From assembly GCF_001194135.2 (NCBI RefSeq), contig NC_068998.1, forward strand, positions 27,874,342 to 27,938,341: a stretch of DNA of 64,000 nucleotides, read 5' to 3'. Under the pieces are notes generated by a model. It was not told where the DNA came from. It saw only the letters and a program-made list of their open reading frames with translations, and ran no database searches. Origin of the DNA: Octopus bimaculoides. Taxonomy: Eukaryota. This document shows, piece by piece, positions 52,061-64,000 of the stretch. Both the position numbers and the translations under genes were made by a program. Numbering within the stretch: position 1 is the first letter of the stretch; each line of letters starts with the position of its first letter.

Positions 52061-52294
52061 ATCTTAAAATCTTCTGTTATAACCGTAAGAATTGTGGTAA
52101 ACGGAGCAGGCCGAGAAACTAACCCTAATGAATTTCTACCTGTATACTAGATTACTCACTGAATTCATTGCGAACAAGTATTCTGCAGAAAGTAGCGTTT
52201 ACGTGGCTTTCATTACTTTCACGCCATTCATATACATTCATTTTACTTAGCGACCATCTTAATTCTTCACCTTTCTTCATCTAAACCCACCCCA

Positions 52295-52848
52295 ACACAA
52301 ATTCACACACACACACACACACACACTTACACACCTTCCCTACACCGTTGCACTCAATACCAACACCACACACACACACACACACACCATTATGCCCCAC
52401 AGCATATACAAACACCTACACACACTCACACGCGCATGCACACGCATACACACACATCCTTCCTACTCCACACACACACACCAGCACCCAACACCTCCCA
52501 ACCCCTACCTCCTGTCACCCTTATTTCAGCTCGCACCTCAATGCATCCTTCCACAACACACACATACGCCAGATGGTGTCTCACACACACACATACAAGC
52601 ACCCTCACACATATATACACATGTACAAATGCAGAAATATAACACACATATCAACTCCATATATATACACACAGTTTATCCAACAGCCCTATATATACAC
52701 ACACCAACTGATAACAGGGACACGCATACTCACTCACATATGTACGCAAGCATAAACGCACAATATTCACACATGAAAACACATTATACACACGCACACA
52801 ACAGTGTCCCTCTCTCTCTCTCTCTCTTTCTCTATCTATCTATCTCTT

Positions 52849-52904
<56 letters not shown>

Positions 52905-53258
52905 GCACACACAAATACACAGAGCACACACGAACACATCGCTCCACACAGCGCACGTACTTGTTTAGGCATCCACATATACACGCAAGCTCCCAAACAT
53001 ACATACATACATACATACATGCATACATACATACACACACACAGACACACACATACACACATACGTTCACGTAATCTTATACTTGCCCACACTTTTATAC
53101 ACACACGTCCACATATAGACACATATACACTCACACAACATTCTCGTATACCCACACGCACTTGCGCATATATACTTTAGCCAGGTTATTGTTATCTCCC
53201 CTCCCATTCAACCACATCCTTCCAGTCAATTCGTTATGTGAAACCGTTAATCCAGAAA

Positions 53259-53306
<48 letters not shown>
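52295..53306. repeat. CA-rich and CT-rich low-complexity block
   Basis: Direct reading; runs into gap 53307-53806. Confidence 0.9.
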
Positions 53307-53806
53307 NNNNNNNNNNNNNNNNNNNNNNNNNNNNNNNNNNNNNNNNNNNNNNNNNNNNNNNNNNNNNNNNNNNNNNNNNNNNNNNNNNNNNNNNNNNNNN
53401 NNNNNNNNNNNNNNNNNNNNNNNNNNNNNNNNNNNNNNNNNNNNNNNNNNNNNNNNNNNNNNNNNNNNNNNNNNNNNNNNNNNNNNNNNNNNNNNNNNNN
53501 NNNNNNNNNNNNNNNNNNNNNNNNNNNNNNNNNNNNNNNNNNNNNNNNNNNNNNNNNNNNNNNNNNNNNNNNNNNNNNNNNNNNNNNNNNNNNNNNNNNN
53601 NNNNNNNNNNNNNNNNNNNNNNNNNNNNNNNNNNNNNNNNNNNNNNNNNNNNNNNNNNNNNNNNNNNNNNNNNNNNNNNNNNNNNNNNNNNNNNNNNNNN
53701 NNNNNNNNNNNNNNNNNNNNNNNNNNNNNNNNNNNNNNNNNNNNNNNNNNNNNNNNNNNNNNNNNNNNNNNNNNNNNNNNNNNNNNNNNNNNNNNNNNNN
53801 NNNNNN

Positions 53807-53881
<75 letters not shown>

Positions 53882-54381
53882 ACTATCTGCCAGGCTCTTA
53901 TTTAAATCCCTAATGGACCACTTGAATACACACATGCTCTCCAGGGACCGAAAGTAGTATGTTCTGTTTTGCCTAATTTCTCTGTGAGACCCTATTCATA
54001 ATCAATTAACAGTCGCAGATCGATAGCGAAACAACTCTGACAACCATTTTAGAATGGTAAATCCGTAACTAAGCACAGCTGCTTTCACAATCAATAAAAA
54101 AAATCATATAGCTAGACAACCTGGCTTTCACAATCAATAAATAATAATAGATCTCGTAGGTCCGACAATGAATGAAGTATTTTTAAAAAGAGACAGGAAA
54201 CCATGTAGGCATTACAATCTCAAAACAGATTTCATCAGAATTAAGGAATGGTAGATTAGCGGTTAAACATCGCAGAATGGTATATAACAGTAGCCCGTAG
54301 AGATTATTCCTATCTACAAGTGCGATCCCCATGAATGAGAGAGGCGGCTGTTCCAGCGCATCTCCCTCGCCATCGTCCGGG

Positions 54382-54547
54382 CAGGGCCAGCCCTAAGGTT
54401 GCTGGCGCCCGGGGCAAGCTGAACTTCGGCGTGTACAAGTTGACGGTTGTGGAAATTTCTTTGTTTTTGTCACGCCCTCCTTGACGCCCCCTAGCACATG
54501 GCACCCCGGGCGACTGCCCGAGTTGCCGGTACCTTGAGCCGGCCCTA
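54382..54547. mobile_element. hAT-type MITE, 166 bp
   Basis: Ends cagggccagc / gccggcccta; 8-bp TSD cgtccggg (54374-81) and cttccggg (54548-55). Confidence 0.85.
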
Positions 54548-55389
54548 CTTCCGGGGCAGGACCTTTTCCATTTTGTTTAGTGGGACCATGGGGTGGTCTG
54601 AATTACAGGAAATTGTACGTTCTGCTCCTTAATGTAAAAACACAAAGAATTCTAGATTTAGAAGAAAAGATTAGACAGAAAGACAGTAGCAAAACGGCTT
54701 TATTGTTATAATGTTTAAAGATGGAAGATCAGTAGCTTTATAACAAAGATTAAAGAACAGCAGATCAGTAACTTTAGCGCGAGTTATGACAAGACTTGGT
54801 GGCAGTTTATATACACATTTATTGCTTCAATTATACAAGGCTTTAATGAAAAGCAGACAGCATCAAATTATAAGAATATCATATTTATAGGAGTTGAAAA
54901 CCGTGATGATTAAACTGATCAGCACATTGCTGCGAAAACGTATGGTGTTGATTCTTCATCATCTCCGAGTTGCTAAATAGCTGTGAAAATAATTATCAGG
55001 AAAATCGCGCTGGTCTGAGTATGAAGCCGTAAAAACAGACTCAAGAGCAGAATTTGGCTAGGACTGTAGCGAGAGGAGTCCGAATTCTCTCTGCTTAGTT
55101 GTACCAAAAACAACTGTTTAAAATGCCGTCGCTGAAGGAATTTTCTAGAAATATCACGCGATCACTTAACCCTGATTGGTTGAAATTGAGATCTGCACGC
55201 ATGATACACTCGAAAATAAAAATGAAGTCAACCGCCATGTAACTAAATAAAACACATCTAATAATTATTAAGTAAGTGGCAAATCAAAATTTGAAACATG
55301 CCTGTCATTAATGGTTGATTAGCTTCTAAACAAATTTAGGTCTCACAAATATTTTAGAATATGGTAGATCTAAAACTAAATAACGTAGC

Positions 55390-56800
55390 GTTCACAATCC
55401 TTCAAAGGCAGAACAACACAGATGATTCCGACGTCATTTACTTGCAATATAAGACATCGCACACCAAATTTATATAGACTTCATAAATTGAGATTTGGGA
55501 CATCTTCCATCGGGGTTATGCCAATCGAGACAAGATTCAACTGCACAAATATATAGGCATTAGATATATCAAGAAAAGATTAGTAACTAGTTCCTTCAAG
55601 TGCTAGACTTCACTCTCACTGGAGATCTCTACAAATAAATTCTTAATGTAGCTTGAACAACACTCTTTGCCTGATAACCTAGAATACACCCTCAAAGAAG
55701 TCTTACGACTCTACTGCAACGTATCATCAGATGTAAGGGTGAGTCTGTATGAGCAGAAGACTATGCATGGATATGTCAATAGAAAGCTCCGTGATGATAG
55801 TAACATCGATCATCAAAGCAGTTTATCATGGACCAATAGCCGGATTACTATCTCCCACTCTGCAATCCAGGAACAGAAAATATCAACCTAATGCACAATG
55901 CACCTAATGCACAAAAGGGATAGAGATGCAGGTAAAGCCGTAAAGTGTGACAACCGATGCAGACTTTGTGGAGCTCACACTGAAGACATCACCCACATCA
56001 TAAACTGTTGTCCAAAAATGTCATCACAGTATTATCTACCGATGAGACATGATGTTGTAGCTAGGACACTCTATAATGAAATCCGTCGAAAGGATAATCC
56101 CGAGGACAAAGAAATAAGAACCCACAATATGGTAGAAGCCATAGCCACTCATAAAAAAAAAAGGTAAAACGCTGGAATGTACCAGTGAAGACCTCAATAA
56201 AATATAAGCACAACAAACCTGATATAAAGATTTGGGATACAAAAGAGAAACTGTGCACAGTTGCCCAGCGGATGTTAAAGCTGTAGATCAGTGAAAAAGA
56301 GGACACCTATGCTGAACTATTGATAAATCTGCAGTTACTCTATCCAGATTACAAGTTCAGGTTTATACCTGTAATTATTGGGGCCCTGGGATATGTAACG
56401 CACTGCCTAAATACCAATCTTGAGAAATTAGGCTTCTCAAAACCAGAAAGGAGAAAGCTAATTCGAAGGCTACAGATCCAATCCATCATTGGAACTGTAA
56501 AAATCTGTAAAACTTTCTAGAAGTTTATCATTTAAATATATATGAGCATGTGTAGATATACAACTATATGCATGAGAATACATGCATAAAACATACAAAT
56601 CTGCACGTACATACATACATACATACATACATACATAGATGCATGCATACATACATACATACATACATACATACATACATACAAACGAAAATACCCTGTT
56701 GTTGATGTTGAAATTCCAATTCCAATGAAGGAGCCTTGGATCTAGATTAGAAACCGGTTCTTTCTCTATTGGTAAGAAATCTTGAAATAAACTGAATAAT
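55390..56800 (+). mobile_element. R4/Dong-like non-LTR retrotransposon, 3' part, same lineage as 60-1720
   Basis: AIQEQKIST; CRLCGAHTEDITHIINCCPKMSSQYYLPMRHD (CCHC knuckle); HNKPDIKIWD; FIPVIIGALGYV; LQIQSIIGTVKICKTF. 3' UTR with (CATA)n. Confidence 0.88.
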
Positions 56801-57449
56801 GACATACATACATTCATATATGCATTATATAATGTATGCATGTATATGTAAATCAACGTTCACCACCACCACCACCACTGTATACATGATCAAAGCAACC
56901 AGCATCAGCACCATAACCAAAACAGCCACAACTCTTACCCACCCAACAGCTCCTTCACTAACAACAGCACCATTAGTAGTTGAACGAGATCAGTAACTCC
57001 ACCTAAAATAAGAGACAATGACGTGAGATACGCTAGTGTATTTCAATAGCTGAATAAAATGCCTTTGATCTGAGGTGAATGCGGATTGACTTGAGATTTA
57101 ACAGCAACAATATGTTCATCGCCACCACCGACAATACCCCATCACCTTCCCCACCATCACCGCTAACAGCACCACCAAAACCTGTTCAGCCAACGTCTTC
57201 ACTACCAACCCATGAAAATTTTGAATTACTAGCGACAACAATAATTTTATCTGCACGTTAGCAATGTCTATAACAGACTGGGCCGGTTCAAGGTACCGGC
57301 AACCCGGGCAGTCGCCCGGGGTGCGAAATTTTTTCCCACGAGAGTTTCGGAGTCTAGTTGAGCTCAACTATCAAACTAGTGTCCACCTAGTCACGAAAAT
57401 ACACTGGTTGAGTTCAGTGGAAAATGTGCGTAATAGCAAAATCTAACTG

Positions 57450-58248
57450 GGATCTTTATGGTTTGACGGGCAACATTTTTTTATGTAGTGTTTTTGGTAC
57501 CGAAACACTTTCAAACTTCGAAAACTTGTATATTTTTTGTTATAGAACAGATAAAAAATATTGTATTCGAAGTTATTTCATGTAAAAAAAATTGTCGTAT
57601 TTCGGTAATTTCAACCAATCACTGACGTCTATTGAGGTGAAAACTATTACGCCGTGGAATGTAAACAACGGTGTCAGGGGATCTTTTCCCTTGAATAAAA
57701 TTAGTGCCGCTGTTTGTCAACAAAAACTATCCGTTGTCAACAACAACTATCAGCGGTATATATTTCGTTTGTCACTGTTATTTATGACATCGTTCGTGTG
57801 TTTGTACTGGTTTTAGCTTTAGGGTTTTAGGGTTAGGGTTCGGGTTAGTTTTAGGATTACGGTTAGGGTTATGATTATTTTTGCCATAACCTTAACCCTA
57901 ACCCTAACCCTAACCCGAAACCTAACGCTAAAACCCTAACCCTAACTCTAAAACCCGAACCCTAACCCTAAAACCCTAAACCCGTACTAGGGAATAATGA
58001 TATAATTAAACAGGGAATAACAAACTTGACACCGAACAGCACTAACTGTATTCAGCTGAATAGACGTCAGTGATTGGTTGAAATTACAGAAATACGACAA
58101 CTTTAACATGAAATAACTTATTAAGAAGTAATTTTTGTTAAGAAGGCTAAGAGAAAAAGATGTTTTATATGACACATTCTACCAGTATCCCAAGTTTGAA
58201 AGTGTTTCGTTAAGAAAACAAGTGTTGGCCGTCAAACCATAAAGATCC
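57450..58248. mobile_element. Merlin-like foldback MITE (799 bp) with internal telomere-like repeats
   Basis: TIR ggatctttatggtttgacgg(g/c)caaca (25/26 match); perfect 8-bp TSD tctaactg (57442-49, 58249-56); imperfect arms of ~190 bp. A GG terminus plus 8-bp TSD suggests Merlin. Confidence 0.75.
57813..57985. repeat. Degenerate (TTAGGG)n followed by (CCCTAA)n
   Basis: 57813-57871 is TTAGGG-type and 57886-57984 is CCCTAA-type. Confidence 0.9.
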
Positions 58249-61163
58249 TCTAACTGTTCTAAACGGGTTGATAGGGGTGACAAATGTGAAATTTAATGTA
58301 TAAAGTGAATGAAGAGTTGCTCACCGATGATGCCATAAGTGTTGTTAATTTGCGTAATTTACTCGAAAATGTAAATTAGTGTAGTTTTCTAATATTTTGA
58401 CTGATTTTGTACATTCCTAAAATGTTGGTGTTGATCTGGAAAAATCGTAATCAATATGGCGTTGTGTCGTATTGCACCCTTCTTATATATACCAATGGGT
58501 ACATGCAGTATCACTAATCTAAGTCTGAGCATAGGTACCTAATGTTAGCTCCATATAGAGATAGTGCTCAATTGCTCTTGTAGTAACGCCGTGCGCATGC
58601 GTAGTCTTACGCATGCGTAGAATTAAACAACCAAACTTTCCCGCTTTAATCTTTCTCTTTTACGGTCGGCCGACCATGAGCATGGACGTGTGCTAAAGCT
58701 GTCTCTACATCTTTCGGACTTACACTCGACAGCTCGCTCACAACTACAGAACAACGTCCCAACAACTATGCTCATACACCCAGAAGCTGTAACAACAAGA
58801 ACTAATGATGTACATATTTACCACCTAAATAAAGTGTTGTTTAAGTTGATAGTCTGGAGTTCAGCGTTCCGTTATATTCTAAGTTTATAGTAGGAAAGTC
58901 AGGTATACAATCTAAAGATGTATAACCCACTTTCCTATAATCTATAAGAACGATGGGGAACGGGAATGTAGTGCTTATGTGAGACCTGCTATGCTGTACT
59001 CACAGTGGCATACACCATTCTATGCCTAACTGGCTGTACTGTAGTAGGTGGATTTTCAAAGTAAGCTCTGATTGGCTGTATGCAAATGAGTTCATTACTG
59101 AGTCCGGAACTCTCGTGGGAAAAAATTCGCGCCCGGGGCGCCATGTGCTAGGGGGCATCAAGGAGGGTATGACAAATGCAAGGAAATTTCCACGACCGTC
59201 AGCTTGTACACACCGAATTTCAGTTTGCCCGGAGCGTCAGCAACCCTAGGGCCGGCCCTCGTAACAGACATACGCTACTAACATTGTATGTCAACGCAAT
59301 GGAATATGTGTGTATGTGTGTTTACCGTGTGCGTGTTTGAACGTGTGTGTATTTGTGTATTTGTATGTGTGCGTTTACGTGTGTATATGTTTTTCCTATA
59401 TGGATGTGTGTATTTGCGCGCGCTGTGTGTGTGTGAGAGAGAGAGAGAGAGAAAGAGAGAGTGAGTGAGTGAATGTAGTGTAAAGTTTTTTTGTTTTTTT
59501 TTTGGTGGGGGGGGGNNNNNNNNNNNNNNNNNNNNNNNNNNNNNNNNNNNNNNNNNNNNNNNNNNNNNNNNNNNNNNNNNNNNNNNNNNNNNNNNNNNNN
59601 NNNNNNNNNNNNNNNNNNNNNNNNNNNNNNNNNNNNNNNNNNNNNNNNNNNNNNNNNNNNNNNNNNNNNNNNNNNNNNNNNNNNNNNNNNNNNNNNNNNN
59701 NNNNNNNNNNNNNNNNNNNNNNNNNNNNNNNNNNNNNNNNNNNNNNNNNNNNNNNNNNNNNNNNNNNNNNNNNNNNNNNNNNNNNNNNNNNNNNNNNNNN
59801 NNNNNNNNNNNNNNNNNNNNNNNNNNNNNNNNNNNNNNNNNNNNNNNNNNNNNNNNNNNNNNNNNNNNNNNNNNNNNNNNNNNNNNNNNNNNNNNNNNNN
59901 NNNNNNNNNNNNNNNNNNNNNNNNNNNNNNNNNNNNNNNNNNNNNNNNNNNNNNNNNNNNNNNNNNNNNNNNNNNNNNNNNNNNNNNNNNNNNNNNNNNN
60001 NNNNNNNNNNNNNNNNNNNNNNNNNNNNNNNNNNNNNNNNNNNNNNNNNNNNNNNNNNNNNNNNNNNNNNNNNNNNNNNNNNNNNNNNNNNNNNNNNNNN
60101 NNNNNNNNNNNNNNNNNNNNNNNNNNNNNNNNNNNNNNNNNNNNNNNNNNNNNNNNNNNNNNNNNNNNNNNNNNNNNNNNNNNNNNNNNNNNNNNNNNNN
60201 NNNNNNNNNNNNNNNNNNNNNNNNNNNNNNNNNNNNNNNNNNNNNNNNNNNNNNNNNNNNNNNNNNNNNNNNNNNNNNNNNNNNNNNNNNNNNNNNNNNN
60301 NNNNNNNNNNNNNNNNNNNNNNNNNNNNNNNNNNNNNNNNNNNATTCGTTTTCTACATGCTCTCGAAAACTAGGCCCCTCATTCAGGCCAGAAAACACGT
60401 CTCCTCGAATTAGTAGCTGACTTTCCACCAAATTCAAGTTAGACGGCCAACATGAGATGGTTTTGCTCCTTCGCATAAATTCCAGCACCGCATCCAACAG
60501 AAGTCGTCGAAGGCTTGTTTATTAACACACAATAACCACTGACTCATTGATATAATGTTCCTCTTTCTGCTTCTACCCTTACTACAGTCTTTTTTTTTTC
60601 TTCTGTTTTTGTAAGCTGCACACCATCCTCCACCCATTTTCTTCTCCCGCCATCCTTCTCTCTCGCCAGATCTCAACTTAATATCATTATTTCCTCCTGG
60701 ATTTCTGGAATCCCATGACCACCACATTTTCCTGCAGACATCGATTTACAGAAATTAATTGCCTCTCTTCATCAGAATTGATTAAATAAACACGTTTTTA
60801 ATAAAGTCCTATTTTTTAGGAATGCTTCTATAATGCTTTAAAAAATGTCGCCATTTACCACCATTTTAACATTAAGCATGGGTCCACGCCTCCTCTAATT
60901 AACTTTAAGCGTTGGCAATAAAATTATATGAAAGCTATAAATAACACCGTAGAAAACACAGTATATGTGCTTTGTTTATCTGCTGGATTTGCTGTGAGAT
61001 AACATTTAAGAAAACTCCTTATTAACGCTGTGTGTTAAAACACCTGAAAGTCATAGACCAGGCGAGACAACTCGCCTCGGATCAAACCAAAGAGATTTAC
61101 TGGTAAAACAATCTGAGCACTTTGTAATAGATACCTATTACATAATGTCATTAGATGTGTATG

Positions 61164-61196
<33 letters not shown>

Positions 61197-61209
61197 ACAC
61201 AGATGTAAA

Positions 61210-61505
61210 AGCGCGTGGCTTAGTGGTTAGGGCATTCGGCTCGCGATTGTAAGGTCGTGAGTTCAATTCTCGGCGATGCGTTGTATCCTTGAGCAAGACA
61301 CTTTATTTCACGTTGCTCCAGTCCACTCAGCTGGCAAAAATGACTTGTACTTGTATTTCAAAGGGCCAGCCTTGTCATGCTGAATCTCCCTGAGAACTAC
61401 GTTAGGGGTACACGTGCCTGTGGATTGCTCAGTCACTTGCACGTTAATTTCACGAGCAGGCTGTTCCGTTGATCGGATCAGCTGGGACACTCGTCGTCCA
61501 ACGGA
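61210..61505 (+). mobile_element. tRNA-derived SINE (family C)
   Basis: A-box tggcttagtgg, B-box gagttcaattctc, then tccttgagcaagacactttatttcacgttgctccag; second copy at 9485-9725. Confidence 0.85.
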
Positions 61506-62961
61506 GTGCTCCTGTATATATACACATGCATATTCACGAGTCTCTATCTTATTGCAAGATGGTAGCGTCTCCATTCGCAGCACAATTTCCGAGACATTGA
61601 CGGAATACTGATGAACCGATCTCTTGTTCACAGTGAAACCTTGATCCCACTCCCTTATGTTTCTTCTTCTGATGCTGTCTTCATAATAAAACCCACAGAA
61701 CTGCAATCACAGACATAATGGCTACTACAAACAACTATAAGTCAAATTTACTACAATAAAGAAATATGCAATGATCATTATCATTATTAATGCCTTGTGT
61801 ATTTATACCCTCGTTCTAGTCTAACGACCCTCCATGTTTGTTTTCGTTCGGTTTCCTTGTATGTCTCCATTGTCCTGTTTTCTGTTCCCAATTTTGACCC
61901 TCTATAAATCCAAAATTTGATTTTGGTACTTATGAGAGCAACTGTCCTCGAAGACTCATATTGTCGTTCAATGCTCGAAATGAGGAATAGATAGACAGCC
62001 GACAACTGATGAAGGGTCGTTCTTTGTGTTACTTGCCCTGTTTTCCATTTGTTTCTCTCGTTGTTTGCGTATAGGACTCATTTGTTTTCGTATTTCATGT
62101 TATTTACTGTTGGTGACGTCATGTACCCATCTATGCATATGTATATATGTGTGTGTGTGTGCGTGTGTATGTGTAACATATATATGTATATATGTATGTA
62201 TTATCTATATTATATATATATATATATATATACACCCACATATACATAGATACATACATACATAATGGTTGTCGACTCGTTAAACGAGTATGGCCATCAT
62301 TGACAAGTTATCTTTCTGTGTTTTTTGTTTTCAGTGACCATGGGACCTACAATGGTTTTTAAAGCCAGGAAATGAGTTGCATTTTCTGTTGCAGATGTGG
62401 CATTCCTTTTCATGTGTTGCAATTTGGTACTTGTTTGATTGTAAGCTTCATGTACCTTGTAAATCCAGAACTGTTGGAAAATTCCATACTACGTAGACTG
62501 CATATCAGATTAGCTACTAGAAATTAATTGAATTCAACCTGAGGGCCTTTCAGCATAAATACATGTCACTAGGTTTTAGACACATTAGAATAGAGCTGTA
62601 GGAGAAAGAGAGAAAGAGCGTCTTTGAAGCCTGTTGCCCTGAATTGTGTGACGTTTGTTGAAAATTATCGATAACAGAAGGTCGTGCCAGACGTCGGGAG
62701 GTCATTAACGAAGCTTGTAGCTATAAATTGCTTGAAAGTTCCACGAACGGTGAAGTGGTTAGGAAGTATGAGATATAACTCTTGTTTTCAAGTCCTTTCG
62801 ACTTGTATAACTGATTCGTTATATTGTGTTATTTCTAAAACAATGAAAATCTTCTCATTTTTTTGGGGGGGTGGTAATCTTTTTATATAATAGATTAAAC
62901 AATGAAGATATCAAAAACACAGTGACAACGAAATAGAAAAAATAATATAAAAAATATTCAA

Positions 62962-63113
62962 AAAGAAGCTTGCATCCCAACCACATAGTTCTGGGTTCAG
63001 TCCCACTGCGTGGCACCTTAGGCAAGTGTCTTCTACTATAGCCTCGGACCGACTAAAAGCCTTGTGAGTGGATTTGGTAGACGAAAACTGAAAAAAGCCT
63101 GTCGTATATATAT

Positions 63114-63148
<35 letters not shown>

Positions 63149-63153
63149 CATAG

Positions 63154-63236
<83 letters not shown>

Positions 63237-63435
63237 TGCTTGTGTTTGCCATCGCTTGACAACCCATGATGGTGTGTTTATGTCCCCGCGGCTTAGCGGC
63301 TCGGCCCAAGAACCGATACAATAAGTACTATGCTTACAAAAAAGTCCTGCAGTCGATTTTTTCAACTAAAACGCTTTAAGGCGGTGCCCCAGCATCGCCG
63401 CAGTCTAATGACTGAAACTAGTAATAGAGTAAAAG
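62962..63435 (+). mobile_element. SINE family A with compound central microsatellite (TA)(GATA)(TATG)(TG)
   Basis: Head 62962-63105; 3' half 63245-63435. Confidence 0.9.
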
Positions 63436-63675
63436 AATATATATATCAATAAAATGTTTATATTTATTGCTAAAACGCTAAATGGATATTAGTCCGTGTG
63501 AGTGAATGCGTGTGTGCTTGTGTGTGTGTGTGTGCGCGTGTGTTGTGCATATGCGTGCATGCGTATTTGTATGTGCATGCGTGTATGTATACATAGTTGC
63601 GCGCGCGCGCACACATACATACATACATACATACATGCATTTACACACACAAATATGTATAATATACATATCTAT

Positions 63676-63837
63676 AGGCGCAGGCATGACTGTGTGGTAA
63701 GAAACTTGCTTCCCAACTACATGGTTTCTGGGTTCAGTCCCACTGCGTGGAACCTTGGGCAAGTGTTTTCTACTATAGCTTTGAGCCGACCAAAGCCTTA
63801 TAAGTGGATTTGGTAGACAGAAACTGAAAGAAGCCCG

Positions 63838-63840
<3 letters not shown>
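63676..63840 (+). mobile_element. SINE family A head followed by (TA)n
   Basis: ggcgcaggcatgactgtgtggtaagaaacttgcttccc...gaaactgaaagaagcccgtc. Confidence 0.9.
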
Positions 63841-63875
<35 letters not shown>

Positions 63876-63935
63876 CATTTCTAAATCTCTCAGAGAGATT
63901 TATGCAGTAGTGATACGATAAAGTAGTTGTATGCT

Positions 63936-64000
63936 GTCAACCTAATGTGACAGTCCTATGAAGGGAATAATCCTACTGCTATTTAGCCCTAGGAAGCAGC
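63936..64000. mobile_element. Start of a diverged relative of the 40456 MITE, cut by the window edge
   Basis: gtcaacctaatgtgacagtcctatgaaggg...tttagccctaggaa versus gtcaacagaatgtgccagtcctgtaaagga...tttagccccaggaa. Confidence 0.6.

Larger units (their letters stand above)
57323..59130. mobile_element. Non-autonomous Mutator/MULE-like element
   Basis: TIR gcgaaattttttcccacgagagtttcgga / tccggaactctcgtgggaaaaaattcgc; 9-bp TSD gcccggggt (57314-22) and gcccggggc (59131-39). No transposase ORF. Superfamily inferred from TSD length only. Confidence 0.7.
57278..59260. mobile_element. Second copy of the hAT-type MITE (opposite orientation), split by nested insertions
   Basis: 57278-57322 plus 59131-59260 reconstitute the reverse complement of 54382-54547; TSD ataacaga (57270-77) and gtaacaga (59261-68). 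Confidence 0.88.

Noticed and set aside
57813-57985. Ancestral telomere-telomere fusion site
   Set aside because: The arrays lie inside a TIR- and TSD-bounded MITE nested in two other elements.
60345-60727. Minus-strand ORFs (MDAVLEFMRRSK..., MWWSWDSRN...)
   Set aside because: Short, unrecognised, and the long one is inflated by the N gap.
61210-61285. tRNA gene
   Set aside because: A/B boxes are present but continue into a SINE body with a second copy at 9485; no convincing acceptor stem.
62004-62045. Hammerhead at ctgatgaaggg...ccc
   Set aside because: No GAAA follows the stem.
62335-62443. Candidate exon after a ttttttgttttcag acceptor
   Set aside because: All three frames stop early; the donor is weak; no recognisable peptide.

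Overview
Repeat-dominated eukaryotic DNA, most likely an octopus (coleoid cephalopod) short-read scaffold. This is judged from recognition of its tRNA-derived SINE families, LINE mix, dense microsatellites and 11 N-gaps, not from a database search. No intact host gene is recognisable; one 117-bp candidate exon lies at 22887-23003. Long track ORFs are mostly microsatellite or N-gap artefacts or decayed transposon ORFs. Retroelements: a full-length decayed HERO-type element, three R4/Dong-type copies, RTE, CR1 and L2/Crack LINE fragments, and Penelope-like remnants with minimal hammerhead ribozyme motifs. DNA elements: Helitron, pogo, two hAT transposase relics and several MITEs. Most notable: (1) a three-layer nest of DNA transposons at 57278-59260, each with its own TIRs and TSD, the innermost carrying head-to-head TTAGGG/CCCTAA arrays; (2) a HERO element preceded by a diverged copy of its own 3' end, both with a candidate pseudoknot; (3) dispersed minimal hammerheads, two sharing a non-canonical core; (4) a 28-bp quasi-palindromic minisatellite. 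All family assignments come from motifs read by eye.
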